Source: Paenibacillaceae bacterium (lineage in GTDB: Bacteria; Bacillota; Bacilli; Paenibacillales; JAWLCZ01). Taken from it: a DNA stretch of 55,494 nucleotides. The notes beneath the pieces were generated by a model. It saw only the letters and a list, made by a program, of their open reading frames with translations, was not told where the DNA came from and did no database searches. Each line of letters begins with the position of its first letter. Within the stretch, counting starts at the first letter, position 1. A program made the translations under genes and the position numbers. The stretch covers positions 1 to 55,494 of the forward strand of contig JAWLCZ010000002.1 in assembly GCA_041686835.1 (NCBI GenBank). The letters run 5' to 3'. This document shows positions 17,080-26,565 of this stretch, one piece after another.

Positions 17080-18438
17080 TCAAAGGGCGCCGGACGCTTC
17101 TTTGGCAAGGTATGTCGCATATTGAAATACGGACAAGTATTGGGGAGAAACGGATTTCGTGTCTTCAAGCCCGCGTATGGGAAGCTTCTCCGGCTTCGAG
17201 TTCGCTTCGATAAACCAAAGCTTTCCTTCCTTATCGACGGCCATATCCATTCCGAGTTCTCCGAGCAAACCGAACTCTTGTTCAATATATCGGGCAATCA
17301 TGACGGTTTTTCTTCGTATCTCCCGGCCGCGAGGAATATTTTCCGCACCGTTTCTTCTTTTCCAGTAGCGGTAAATCTCTTTGTATTTCCTGTAATTTTT
17401 TCCGATGGTCGTAATGGTCGCCCCGCGTTTGGCCACGTTAGCCTGGTTGTAGATCACTTTCCATTGTCCCGAACCGTTTTTGCAAATGAGCACGCGCAGA
17501 TCGAGCTTCCGCCCTTTAAAAGTCAATAAATCGATTCCTTTCTGCACGATCAGAGGTTTATCGCCCAGGAACCGGTAAATGCGGTTCTCCAGTTCCGAAT
17601 CGTTCTTCACGATCGCTCTTTTAAGACCGTGATGATAATGGTTTACAATTAACCCTTTTTTGGATTGTTCAACGGACATGACCTCTCTGCCCCGGCTGCC
17701 GTAAAACGATTTGATGTAGATCAGTCGGTGTCTCTCCAGCATGTCTTTAATGTCTTCGAATGACGTGCAGCGCATCGTCTCGGGCAAATATTCCCGCAAT
17801 TCGGCGTGTTGGCTCAACCGGTCATACAGTTCCCACTTTCCGAGATAATCGCTGTTGTTAATCAACCGGACAGCGGGATGTTCGGCAAACAGTTTCCGGA
17901 TGAGCTTTACTTCCGGTTTGAGCTCCCGATCAAACTTGACGCCGCAATCATAAATAATGTTGGGAAACGGAAAAGAACGGCATATCCATTTGCGCGAATC
18001 CGGAGCTTGCGCATACCCTTGAATCGACTGGTCTTTCCAGCGGATCTGGTCGATCGAAAAATAATAAATGAAACATTTTGCAGCCTTGTTGGCCTGTACG
18101 TTTTTAACGGCGGGCAACGGAATTTTTCCGCGCGCCAAGGAGGAAATAAACCGTGGATTCACAAAAATGCCGACCACCGGTCCTAAATAAATCGTCCGTC
18201 CGGCTTTCCATACATTCAGACGAATGCCGTTTATCAGCAGCAGCCGTTCGAAAAGATAGGCAGGCAAATAGATCGCGGCTGTGTGTTCATCCGTTTTTTT
18301 AACCGTTATATTTACGTTGAAATGCCCGACGGCCAGCGTGCAGTCTTGTTCGTCGATGAGGTCCAGCTGGTCGAAAATGTCCGAAGAAACATAGCACGCG
18401 TTTTCTTTACTGCGAAGCCTTTTTACAAGAACGTCCAT
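17080..18438 (-). CDS. YheC/YheD-family ATP-grasp protein
   Basis: LGPVVGI, FPFPNIIYD, LGKW, YIKSFYGSRG, IVQKGI, DLRVL, ELGMDMAVD and WFIEANSKP motifs. Confidence 0.9.
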   Translation of the reverse strand: MDVLVKRLRSKENACYVSSDIFDQLDLIDEQDCTLAVGHFNVNITVKKTDEHTAAIYLPAYLFERLLLINGIRLNVWKAGRTIYLGPVVGIFVNPRFISSLARGKIPLPAVKNVQANKAAKCFIYYFSIDQIRWKDQSIQGYAQAPDSRKWICRSFPFPNIIYDCGVKFDRELKPEVKLIRKLFAEHPAVRLINNSDYLGKWELYDRLSQHAELREYLPETMRCTSFEDIKDMLERHRLIYIKSFYGSRGREVMSVEQSKKGLIVNHYHHGLKRAIVKNDSELENRIYRFLGDKPLIVQKGIDLLTFKGRKLDLRVLICKNGSGQWKVIYNQANVAKRGATITTIGKNYRKYKEIYRYWKRRNGAENIPRGREIRRKTVMIARYIEQEFGLLGELGMDMAVDKEGKLWFIEANSKPEKLPIRGLEDTKSVSPQYLSVFQYATYLAKEASGAL

Positions 18439-18495
18439 TTTTTCCCTCCCAAGCCATGATTCATCATCTGTATCATCTTATGAGGAATCCGCCGA

Positions 18496-18511
18496 TTGGA
18501 ACGCGTTCCAA
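18496..18511. promoter_or_regulatory. Perfect 16-bp palindrome, possible operator
   Basis: TTGGAACGCGTTCCAA between the divergent ATP-grasp and MFS genes. Confidence 0.4.
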
Positions 18512-18622
18512 GAGAAAATGGACAAATGCCGTCTTCCGGCAATTTTTCTCCGTCCTCAACTTGTGGTACGATAGTAGGGGATTGTCAACATGACTACAGC
18601 ATGGCGGATGAGGAGGCATACA

Positions 18623-19774
18623 ATGAAGAAGCAGCTTTCCATGATTATGGTGTTGCTGATGACGACATTTATCGGGTTCGGGATCATTATTCCCGTCCTG
18701 CCTGCGGTGGTGTCTCCTTTTCATCTCGGAATGATGCTGGCGGTCTATTCCGCCGCTTCCTTCATGATGTCGCCGGTTTGGGGAGCGTTATCCGACCGGT
18801 TTGGCAGGCGGCCCGTCATCATTGCGGGAATATTCGGGTTCGGCGTCAGCTTTTTCCTGTTTGCCATTGCGGGGGGCAATCTTGGGCTGATGTATGTTTC
18901 GCGCGTACTCGGAGGATTGTTTTCCGGAGCCGTCACTTCATGCGCGGTCGCTTACGTGGCGGACATCACGACGGAGGAGAACCGGACGAAAGGAATGGGC
19001 CTGGTCGGGATGTCCATCGGTCTCGGGTTCATATTCGGGCCGGGCATCGGCGGTTTGCTGAGCCGATTCGGCTACGATGTTCCGTTTTTTGCAGCCTCCG
19101 GCTTGGCGTTCGTGATGATGCTGACCGCTTTCCTGTACCTGGGCGAATCGCTTCCGCAGGAAAAAAGGACGCGGCGGCGCGAGGCGAAACCTTCCAGATG
19201 GACGGCCTTTACAGGCCCGCTTAAATATTTGTACATACTCGGTTTTTTCGTATCGTTCACGCTGGCCGAACTGGAAACGACGCTGCAGTATTTTCAAATG
19301 GCGAGGTTTAACGCCACCCCGGCCGATATCGGCTTCATGCTCACCGTCAGCGGCATCGTCGGCGCGGCGATACAAGGAGGCGTCGTCCGCAAATATGTAA
19401 AAAAGGGCGGCGAACACAAGGTCATTCTCTACGGGCTCGTATTGTCGGCGGCCGGCTTTTTTCTGCTGCTGCTGTCCGAAAATTTGCTGACGGCGACCGT
19501 TTATTTAACGGTGTTTGCGGCCGGAAACGCGCTGATTCGCCCCTGCGTCACATCGCTCATTTCGCAAAAAACGACCGTCGGGCAGGGAACGGCTGCGGGT
19601 CTCAGTTCTTCGATGGACAGCCTGGGCCGCATTACGGGACCATTGCTCGGTTCGGGAATGCTGCAGCTCCAAATTTATCTGCCGTTCATCATCGGCGGAT
19701 TGTTGTCGCTGGCCGCCATAGGGCTGCTTTACCGCTACATCGCCTCGGACAGGGAAACTTCCTTGTCATATTGA
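18623..19774 (+). CDS. MFS transporter (DHA1/TetA-like)
   Basis: GALSDRFGRRP motif A, GFIFGPGIGG motif C; RBS GAGGAGG. Confidence 0.9.
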   Translation: MKKQLSMIMVLLMTTFIGFGIIIPVLPAVVSPFHLGMMLAVYSAASFMMSPVWGALSDRFGRRPVIIAGIFGFGVSFFLFAIAGGNLGLMYVSRVLGGLFSGAVTSCAVAYVADITTEENRTKGMGLVGMSIGLGFIFGPGIGGLLSRFGYDVPFFAASGLAFVMMLTAFLYLGESLPQEKRTRRREAKPSRWTAFTGPLKYLYILGFFVSFTLAELETTLQYFQMARFNATPADIGFMLTVSGIVGAAIQGGVVRKYVKKGGEHKVILYGLVLSAAGFFLLLLSENLLTATVYLTVFAAGNALIRPCVTSLISQKTTVGQGTAAGLSSSMDSLGRITGPLLGSGMLQLQIYLPFIIGGLLSLAAIGLLYRYIASDRETSLSY

Positions 19775-19811
19775 ACGCCATCGCAAAGTATGCTAGTTTT
19801 AAAACAAATCG

Positions 19812-19825
19812 TGAAAGCGTTTTAG
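19812..19825. promoter_or_regulatory. cre site
   Basis: TGAAAGCGTTTTAG upstream of the dehydrogenase-larA operon. Confidence 0.65.
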
Positions 19826-19874
19826 GAAGTTTCCTGGAGAGCAGTCCAGATGAATTGGGAGGGGAACGAGTGCC

Positions 19875-20900
19875 ATGAAAGCGGCTGTCATCACCGAACC
19901 GTACCGCATCAGCGTCCGGGACGTTCCGAAACCGGCGCCGGGACCGGAGGAAGTGCTCGTCGCCATAAGAGCGGCGGGCATATGCGGAAGCGACATGCAC
20001 TTTTACGACGGATCGAGCCCGATTGTTTTTCCGCAAATCCTGGGGCATGAGCTGGCCGGGATCGTGGAGGAAGTCGGCAACGAAGTGAGGCATTTGAAAG
20101 CGGGCGATCGCGTCGTCATCGAGCCGGGTGTTGCTTGCGGGCGCTGTTATCCGTGCCGGATCGGCAAATACAACTGTTGCGTCAACATCCAAACGATAGG
20201 CATCGAAAGAGCGGGCGGGTTTGCGGAATATGTAGCGGTACCGGAAAAATACGCCCACAGGATGCCGGACGGGATGAGTTTTGAAGTCGGCGCTCTGGTC
20301 GAGCCGTTTACCATCGGGGCGCAGATTGTCGATCGGGCCGGCATCCGGCCGGGCCATACGGTTACCGTCATCGGCACGGGTCCGATCGGTCTCACGGTAA
20401 TCGTTCTGCTGAAAAGGCTGCACAACGTGAAGCTGTTCGCCGTCGACGTCGTTCCCGAAAGGCTCGACAAGGCGTTACGGTTCGGCGCGGACGTGCCGAT
20501 TAACGCCGGAGAGCGAGATCCGATCGAAGCGATTGCCGAGCTGACGAACGGGGAAGGCTCCAACATCGTCATCGAATGCGTCGGCGCGAAGCGGACGATC
20601 GAGCAGACCGTCGATATGGTGAGCCATGGCGGCAGAATCGTCGTCGCCGGAGTGACGTTTCAGGACGTGAGCTTCCACGGCCGATCGCTGACGAAAAAAG
20701 AGGTCGAGATCGTCGGGAGCCGCAACAGCGCGGGCAAATTTCCGTCGGTGATCGACTTTCTGAACCGGAACCGCGACATCGCGGATCTGTTTATTACGCA
20801 TAACATGCCGTTCCAGCAGACGTCCGAGGCTTTTCAAATCGCGAAAACCAAGCCGGACGAAGTGACGAAAATCATCCTCGGTTTCAAGGAGGGCGCATAA
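19875..20900 (+). CDS. Zinc-binding MDR dehydrogenase (sugar-acid 5-dehydrogenase-like)
   Basis: GICGSD, GHE, CGRCYPCRIGKYNCC, GTGPIG and GSRN motifs. Confidence 0.88.
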   Translation: MKAAVITEPYRISVRDVPKPAPGPEEVLVAIRAAGICGSDMHFYDGSSPIVFPQILGHELAGIVEEVGNEVRHLKAGDRVVIEPGVACGRCYPCRIGKYNCCVNIQTIGIERAGGFAEYVAVPEKYAHRMPDGMSFEVGALVEPFTIGAQIVDRAGIRPGHTVTVIGTGPIGLTVIVLLKRLHNVKLFAVDVVPERLDKALRFGADVPINAGERDPIEAIAELTNGEGSNIVIECVGAKRTIEQTVDMVSHGGRIVVAGVTFQDVSFHGRSLTKKEVEIVGSRNSAGKFPSVIDFLNRNRDIADLFITHNMPFQQTSEAFQIAKTKPDEVTKIILGFKEGA

Positions 20901-21680
20901 ATGAAAGGACTTCGGGACAAAACGGCCGTCATTGCCGGCGGAGGCCGCGGAATCGGAAAAGCGGTCGCGGAAAAACTGGCCGGATACGGCGCGAATGTCG
21001 TCATCGGCAGCCGCACGGAGGCCGAGTATGCGGAGACGGCGGAGAAGATTCGTTTGAGCGGGGCGAAAGCGTTCGGATTTCATCTCGACGTTTCCGATCG
21101 GGCGAGCGTCGAACGTTTTGTCGAGCAGGCGGCGGCTGTATGCGAATGCATCGACATCCTCGTTTACTGCGCCGGAGTGAACACCCGCCTGCCGGCGGAA
21201 GAGTATCCCGAAGAAGTGTGGCTTAACGTGCTGAACATTAATTTGAACGGCGCTTACCGCATGTGCCAGGAGGTCGGCAAACGGATGATTGAAAGCGGAG
21301 GCGGGGCCATCGTCAACATTACGTCGATGATGTCCCATGTGACGACTCCGAATCAGAGCGCATACTCGGCGTCGAAGGGAGCGCTGCTGCAGTATACGAA
21401 GCTGCTTGCCGTGGAATGGGCCAAGTATAACATCCGCGTCAACGCGGTAAGCCCCGGATATATCGCGACCGAATTGAACGCCGACGCGCGCAGGCAGGCG
21501 TCGTACACCGACAATGTGCTGCATAAAACGCCGCAGAGGCGTTTCGGCACGCCGGAAGAAGTCGCGGAAGCGGTCTGTTTCCTCGCTTCTCCCGAAGCGT
21601 CGTTTATTAACGGGGCTTGCCTGCCCGTCGACGGAGGCTTTCTCGCCGGACATCCGGCGATTGTCGCCAGAACGACATGA
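20901..21680 (+). CDS. SDR oxidoreductase (gluconate 5-dehydrogenase/KduD-like)
   Basis: GGGRGIG, YSASK, NAVSPG and VDGG motifs. Confidence 0.88.
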   Translation: MKGLRDKTAVIAGGGRGIGKAVAEKLAGYGANVVIGSRTEAEYAETAEKIRLSGAKAFGFHLDVSDRASVERFVEQAAAVCECIDILVYCAGVNTRLPAEEYPEEVWLNVLNINLNGAYRMCQEVGKRMIESGGGAIVNITSMMSHVTTPNQSAYSASKGALLQYTKLLAVEWAKYNIRVNAVSPGYIATELNADARRQASYTDNVLHKTPQRRFGTPEEVAEAVCFLASPEASFINGACLPVDGGFLAGHPAIVARTT

Positions 21681-21737
21681 CGGACGGCGGGGAAATCGCC
21701 TTCTTTCGGAAAGGGCCCATGGAAAGGAGAATGCAGG

Positions 21738-23012
21738 TTGAAGGTTGAGTTGGCATACGGGAAAACCGGACTCCGCATCGAGGTCCCGGACCATACCCGC
21801 GTCATCGAACCCCGGCACGTGCCCGGTCTACAGGACGAAAAACAGGCGGCGCTTGACGCTTTAAGGAATCCGATCGGCACGCCGCCGCTAAAGCGGATGG
21901 TGAAAGCGACGGACAAAGTGTCCATCGTCATCAGCGACATGACAAGGCCGACGCCGAATCATAAGCTCGTGCCGTGGCTGCTGGAAGAGCTGGATCATGT
22001 GCCCCGCGAGAACTTTGTGATCATCAACGGCACGGGAAGCCACCGCGACAACACGCGCGAGGAGCTGGAGCAGATGCTCGGCAAACCGGTGGTCGATGCC
22101 GTGCGTGTCGTGAACAACAACGCTTTCGACAAATCGACGCAGGCTTATTTGGGAAAAAGCTCGACCGGAGCGGAAGTGTATTTGAATAAGGAGTATGTGG
22201 AAAGCGATTTTAAAATTGTGACCGGATTCATCGAACCTCACTTTTTTGCCGGCTTCAGCGGGGGGCCGAAAGGCATTATGCCGGGCATCGCCGGAATTGA
22301 CACGATACTGCATTTTCACAGCGCCAAGCTGATAGGCGACCCGAACAGCACGTGGGGACTTATCGAGAACAACCCGGTGCAGGCGGAAGCGACGGAAATC
22401 GCGCTCATGTGCAAGCCGGACTTTATGTTCAATGTCACGCTGAACGGCAGCAAACAAATTACGCGTTTTTTCGCCGGCGACGTGATCGCCGCGCACCGCG
22501 CCGGGTGCGAATACGTGCGGCGCCAAGCGATGGTGGAATGCGAACACCGTTTTGACATCGTGATTACGACGAACAGCGGTTATCCGCTGGATCAAAATTT
22601 ATATCAGGCCGTCAAAGGTATGAGCGCGGCGCAATCGATCGTCAAACGGGGCGGGGCGATCATTTGTGCGGCGGAGTGCAGCGACGGACTGCCGAATCAC
22701 GGCAATTACGCAAAAATTTTACAGATGGGGAAGACGCCGCAGGAAATATTGGACATCATTAACGCGCCGTCGTTTCAAATGTTCGATCAATGGCAGGCGC
22801 AAAAGCAAGCGCTCGTGCAATTATGGGCCGATGTCTATGTGTATTCTTCTTTGGACGAAGCGCAAATCGCCGGCGCGATGCTGAAACCGGTATCCAGCAT
22901 CGAAGCGGAGCTGCGACGGCTGCTTGATCGGTACGGCGGGGACGCAACGGTTGCCGTCATGCCGCTAGGCCCGTTAACGATACCGTACGTGACGGAAAAG
23001 GCCGTCCGATAA
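21738..23012 (+). CDS. larA: Nickel-pincer-dependent lactate/2-hydroxyacid racemase
   Basis: SDMTRP, TGSHR, EPHFFAGFSGGPK, HFH and YPLDQNLYQAVKG match LarA catalytic and cofactor residues. Confidence 0.88.
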   Translation: MKVELAYGKTGLRIEVPDHTRVIEPRHVPGLQDEKQAALDALRNPIGTPPLKRMVKATDKVSIVISDMTRPTPNHKLVPWLLEELDHVPRENFVIINGTGSHRDNTREELEQMLGKPVVDAVRVVNNNAFDKSTQAYLGKSSTGAEVYLNKEYVESDFKIVTGFIEPHFFAGFSGGPKGIMPGIAGIDTILHFHSAKLIGDPNSTWGLIENNPVQAEATEIALMCKPDFMFNVTLNGSKQITRFFAGDVIAAHRAGCEYVRRQAMVECEHRFDIVITTNSGYPLDQNLYQAVKGMSAAQSIVKRGGAIICAAECSDGLPNHGNYAKILQMGKTPQEILDIINAPSFQMFDQWQAQKQALVQLWADVYVYSSLDEAQIAGAMLKPVSSIEAELRRLLDRYGGDATVAVMPLGPLTIPYVTEKAVR

Positions 23013-23020
23013 AGGGGGGA

Positions 23021-23758
23021 ATGCGCGTGAACGATAAGGAAAAGTATTTGTTCGATGTGCAGGGGTACATTGTCGTCGAAAATGTGCTGCGCGCGGATCA
23101 GCTCGCCAGGTTAAACCGCGCCATCGACGAGAAGCAGGCGGCGGGCGAGCCGCTGCAAGATTTTCTCACGTGGGAGGAACCGGAATTCCGCAACCTGATC
23201 GCCGACGCGAAAATCAGGCCGTATTTGCTGGAAATGCTGGGCGAAGAATACCGGCTGGATCACGAGTACCCGATCATTCACCGCAAAGGAGCGCCTTCCC
23301 TGCAATTGCACGGCGGCGGCACGCCGTACGATCCGGGACAATATTATCATGCGAAAAACGGCAAGATGTTTTCCGGGTTAACGGTCGTTTCCTACGCCTT
23401 AACGGACATCGGCCCGGACGACGGCGGATTTTGCTGCATTCCCGGCAGCCATAAGGCGAATTTTCATGTGCCGGAGGAATATGTCCATTATGCGGAGATC
23501 GGACCGACGATTCATGTCCCGCAAAAAGCCGGGGACGTTCTCATCTTTACCGAAGCGTTGACGCACGGCACTTTTCCGTGGCAGGGGGATCACGAACGCC
23601 GGTCGCTATTGTACAAATATTCGCCCGCCGTCATTTCCTGGGGACCGTATAAACGGCGGCAGGAACTGCTGGACCTGCTGACCGAAGAGCAGCTGAGAAT
23701 CGTCACGATGCCTTCCCATCCGGTCTACCGCAAATATTTTGCGCCTAAGGAAAACTAA
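23021..23758 (+). CDS. Phytanoyl-CoA dioxygenase (PhyH)-family Fe/2OG enzyme with HGG in place of HxD
   Basis: FDVQGYIVVENVL, GGFCCIPGSHK, KAGDVLIF, LTHG, RR; LQLHGGG at the first iron-ligand site. Confidence 0.85.
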   Translation: MRVNDKEKYLFDVQGYIVVENVLRADQLARLNRAIDEKQAAGEPLQDFLTWEEPEFRNLIADAKIRPYLLEMLGEEYRLDHEYPIIHRKGAPSLQLHGGGTPYDPGQYYHAKNGKMFSGLTVVSYALTDIGPDDGGFCCIPGSHKANFHVPEEYVHYAEIGPTIHVPQKAGDVLIFTEALTHGTFPWQGDHERRSLLYKYSPAVISWGPYKRRQELLDLLTEEQLRIVTMPSHPVYRKYFAPKEN

Positions 23759-23791
23759 AGCGGGGAAAACGGAAAACCGATGTGGATAAGT

Positions 23792-23829
23792 GAACCCGGA
23801 CGCGATCGATTGCGCCCGGGTTCTTTTTT
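23792..23829 (+). terminator. Intrinsic terminator
   Basis: GAACCCGGACGCGAT...ATTGCGCCCGGGTTC followed by a T-run. Confidence 0.75.
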
Positions 23830-23847
23830 CCGGCCGTATTTACGGAA

Positions 23848-24516
23848 TCAGCGGCTTTCTTCCGGCGCAAGTCCGCGTACGATAAACCGCACCATCATTT
23901 CGATTTCCCGTTCGTCATCCCACTCCTGATCCGGAGCGAGAAGATACCGCGTGATAAAAAAGCCGAGGATGTTCGAGGCCGTCATGCGGATGACCGAATA
24001 AGGCGGGATGTCGATGATTTGCCCTTCTTTCTGGTAATGCTCGACGATGTTTTTGAACCGTTCCAGCACTTTTCCCGCGACATGTTCCTTAAATTGCTCC
24101 TGCAGCTCCGGGTGGAAAGGAACTTCCTGCAGCAATATTTTAATGACCGGCAAATGTTTGCGCACAAATTCCTGGCGGTTATGAATGACCGCTCTCAGAA
24201 AATCTTCATACCTGGCATAGGTCGCGTCAAGCACTTTATTGAAATCTTTTAAGATGAACGGTGCGATCAATTTGCTCATCAGAGGAGCGACGATGGAGAG
24301 AAGCAGATCTTTTTTCGTCTTGTAGTGGCGGAAAATCGTTCCTTCCGCGACTCCGGCCTTCTGCGCGATTTCGCTGGTCGACGAAGCCGCGTATCCTTTT
24401 TCCGCGAATACTTCCACGGCGGCCTGAATTATCTTGATCTGCTTTTCCGTCAGCTTCACGTCTTCGTCGTTTAAATTAAGTAGCTCGTCGACCCACTGCT
24501 CAAATGGCTCAGCCAC
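23848..24516 (-). CDS. TetR/AcrR family regulator
   Basis: FAEKGY...IAQKAGVAEGTIFRHYKTK helix-turn-helix. Confidence 0.93.
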   Translation of the reverse strand: MAEPFEQWVDELLNLNDEDVKLTEKQIKIIQAAVEVFAEKGYAASSTSEIAQKAGVAEGTIFRHYKTKKDLLLSIVAPLMSKLIAPFILKDFNKVLDATYARYEDFLRAVIHNRQEFVRKHLPVIKILLQEVPFHPELQEQFKEHVAGKVLERFKNIVEHYQKEGQIIDIPPYSVIRMTASNILGFFITRYLLAPDQEWDDEREIEMMVRFIVRGLAPEESR

Positions 24517-24565
24517 GCCGATTCCTCCTGAAGTTTATTGTCATGGGTTGAATGTACAATACCCA

Positions 24566-25591
24566 TTATATCTTACGGTGCTTGCGCAGCGCCAGCACGT
24601 TGGCGGCTGCGAAAAACGCGGAAAATCCGGCGAGCGCGTAAATGTCCGGAGCGATATCCGCCCAGCCTTTGCCGCGTATCATGACATCCCGCAAAGCGTC
24701 TGCGCCGTACGTTAAGGGCATAACCGCTCCAAGCCAGCGCAGCCATTCCGCCATCGTGTCCATATTGAACAGGCCGGAGAAAAAGATTTGCGGCACGATG
24801 ACGAGCGGGATAAACTGGATCATTTGAAATTCATTGTTGGCGTACGCGGACAAAAACGTTCCGAGCGTGAGCGCCGTCAACGCCAGCAGCAGCGTGACCA
24901 GCAGCACATACCCGAATGAACCCTCCATGATCATGTCGAGAATGTCAATCGCAAACCAGGCGATAATCCCGGCTTGAATCATCGTAAACAGACCGAAGCC
25001 CAGCACATAGCCGATGACGATTTCCCATCTGCGCAGCGGAGTGGCGAGCAGCCGTTCCAGCGTTCCTCCGGTACGTTCCCTTAAAAACGCCACACCCGAG
25101 ATGAGAAAGACGAAGAAAAAAGCGAAATAGCCGATCAGTACGGGGCCGAAATTATCGAACGCCGCCATCTGCTCCGAGCCGTGCAAATAGGAAATGGACG
25201 ATTTCAGCGCATCCGCCGCGGGATTCATATCTTGGAGCAGTTTTTGCAGCAGCAGAAGCACCGATTTGTTGACCGACGGATCGCTACCCTCCAGCTTGAC
25301 ATGGGGAATGACTCCGTCAAAGCTGATGATGGCGTCGATCCGGGCGTCCTCCAGAGCTTTCTCCGCATCTTCAGGCGAATACTCGACAACGGTGGCGCCG
25401 TATTGTTCCAGCTTGTGGACAAGCGGAGCGGGAACGTTGACGGCGCCGATGTCCGGTTTGTATTCTTCGCCGTTAAAGACGAGCGACATCATGTACAATA
25501 TGACGACGGGGGCGACGATCATCAAAGCCAACGTCCTTTTGTCATGAATGAACTGCCGCCAAATGCGGACAATTAGCGCTTGCACTCTCAT
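24566..25591 (-). CDS. ABC-2 type exporter permease
   Basis: RERTGGTLERLLATP, QIFFSGLF and MPLTY motifs; multiple TM helices. Confidence 0.92.
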   Translation of the reverse strand: MRVQALIVRIWRQFIHDKRTLALMIVAPVVILYMMSLVFNGEEYKPDIGAVNVPAPLVHKLEQYGATVVEYSPEDAEKALEDARIDAIISFDGVIPHVKLEGSDPSVNKSVLLLLQKLLQDMNPAADALKSSISYLHGSEQMAAFDNFGPVLIGYFAFFFVFLISGVAFLRERTGGTLERLLATPLRRWEIVIGYVLGFGLFTMIQAGIIAWFAIDILDMIMEGSFGYVLLVTLLLALTALTLGTFLSAYANNEFQMIQFIPLVIVPQIFFSGLFNMDTMAEWLRWLGAVMPLTYGADALRDVMIRGKGWADIAPDIYALAGFSAFFAAANVLALRKHRKI

Positions 25592-26316
25592 GCGCGGGCA
25601 CCTCCGTATAGGAGAAACGCTTCCTCTATTGTTTGGGCGTTCGTTTCCTTCTTGAGCGATTCCGGCGAACCAACGGCGATGAGGCTTCCTTCGCGAATCA
25701 GCGCTAATTTATGGCATTTTTCGGCTTCGTCCATGACGTGGGTTGTCACCAATACGGTGATCCCTTGACCGCTGAGCCGCTCCAGCTCCCGCCAGATCGA
25801 CTGCCGCAGCACCGGATCGATGCCGACCGTAGGCTCGTCAAGGATGAGAATTTCCGGTTGGTGAAGCAGGGCGACGGCGAGCGACAACCGGCGTTTCATG
25901 CCCCCGGAATAATGAAGCACCTGCTTTTTCAAGTCGGCGGACAGATTGACCAACTTAGCCGCCTCCATGATTCGCCGCTTTTTTGTACCGCCCTTCAGGC
26001 CGTACAAAGATGCGAAAAAATCAAGGTTTTCGTAGCCGGTCAGTTCGCCATACAGCGCGTCCGATTGCGCCATATATCCGATGTTCGACATGACGTCGAG
26101 GCGCGGCATTTTTTGATTCTTTACGTATACTTCCCCATAGTCCGCTTCGTCAATGCCGGCGATCATTTTCACAAGAGTCGTCTTTCCCGCCCCGGAAGGA
26201 CCGAGCAGACCGAATATTTCCGATCTCGGTACGTGGAGCGTTATATCGCGCAGCACTTCTTTGCCGCCCAATCGTTTTCCCGCGCGTTCAACGCGTATGC
26301 ATGCATCTTGTGTCAC
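25588..26316 (-). CDS. ABC transporter ATP-binding protein
   Basis: GPSGAGKT, YSGGM, LILDEPT, TTH; GTG start at 26316 with RBS AGGAGAGG. Confidence 0.93.
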   Translation of the reverse strand: MTQDACIRVERAGKRLGGKEVLRDITLHVPRSEIFGLLGPSGAGKTTLVKMIAGIDEADYGEVYVKNQKMPRLDVMSNIGYMAQSDALYGELTGYENLDFFASLYGLKGGTKKRRIMEAAKLVNLSADLKKQVLHYSGGMKRRLSLAVALLHQPEILILDEPTVGIDPVLRQSIWRELERLSGQGITVLVTTHVMDEAEKCHKLALIREGSLIAVGSPESLKKETNAQTIEEAFLLYGGARA

Positions 26317-26343
26317 AGGCTGCCTCTCCTTTGCAATAAAAAA

Positions 26344-26410
26344 GTGAGTAAACACTTACAGGACAATCATACAATAATCCGAATCATTTGTATAGTGAGT
26401 AATCACTTAT
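26344..26410. promoter_or_regulatory. Two TetR-type operators
   Basis: GTGAGTAAACACTTAC (26344-26359) and GTGAGTAATCACTTAT (26395-26410), near-palindromic repeats upstream of the ABC-tetR operon. Confidence 0.7.
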
Positions 26411-26565
26411 TTTATGGCGGCGAAGCGAAGGCCCGTTTCAGGCATGAAGGCAAAAAGCAGCCGCGGCGGATTCCGCCGGGCTGCTTCAAAGTCCGTTTCA
26501 CCGGTTTGGTTTACCGTATTGTCATACTGCTTCTATGCTTTCGGAATGGCTGGCGAACAGCCGGT

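Noticed and set aside
20475-21818. Long antisense ORFs (also 6523-7329, 25711-26892, 37353-38600, 38876-39844, 41728-42723, 43920-44870, 50604-51680)
   Set aside because: Shadows of well-supported genes on the opposite strand; no motifs or RBS
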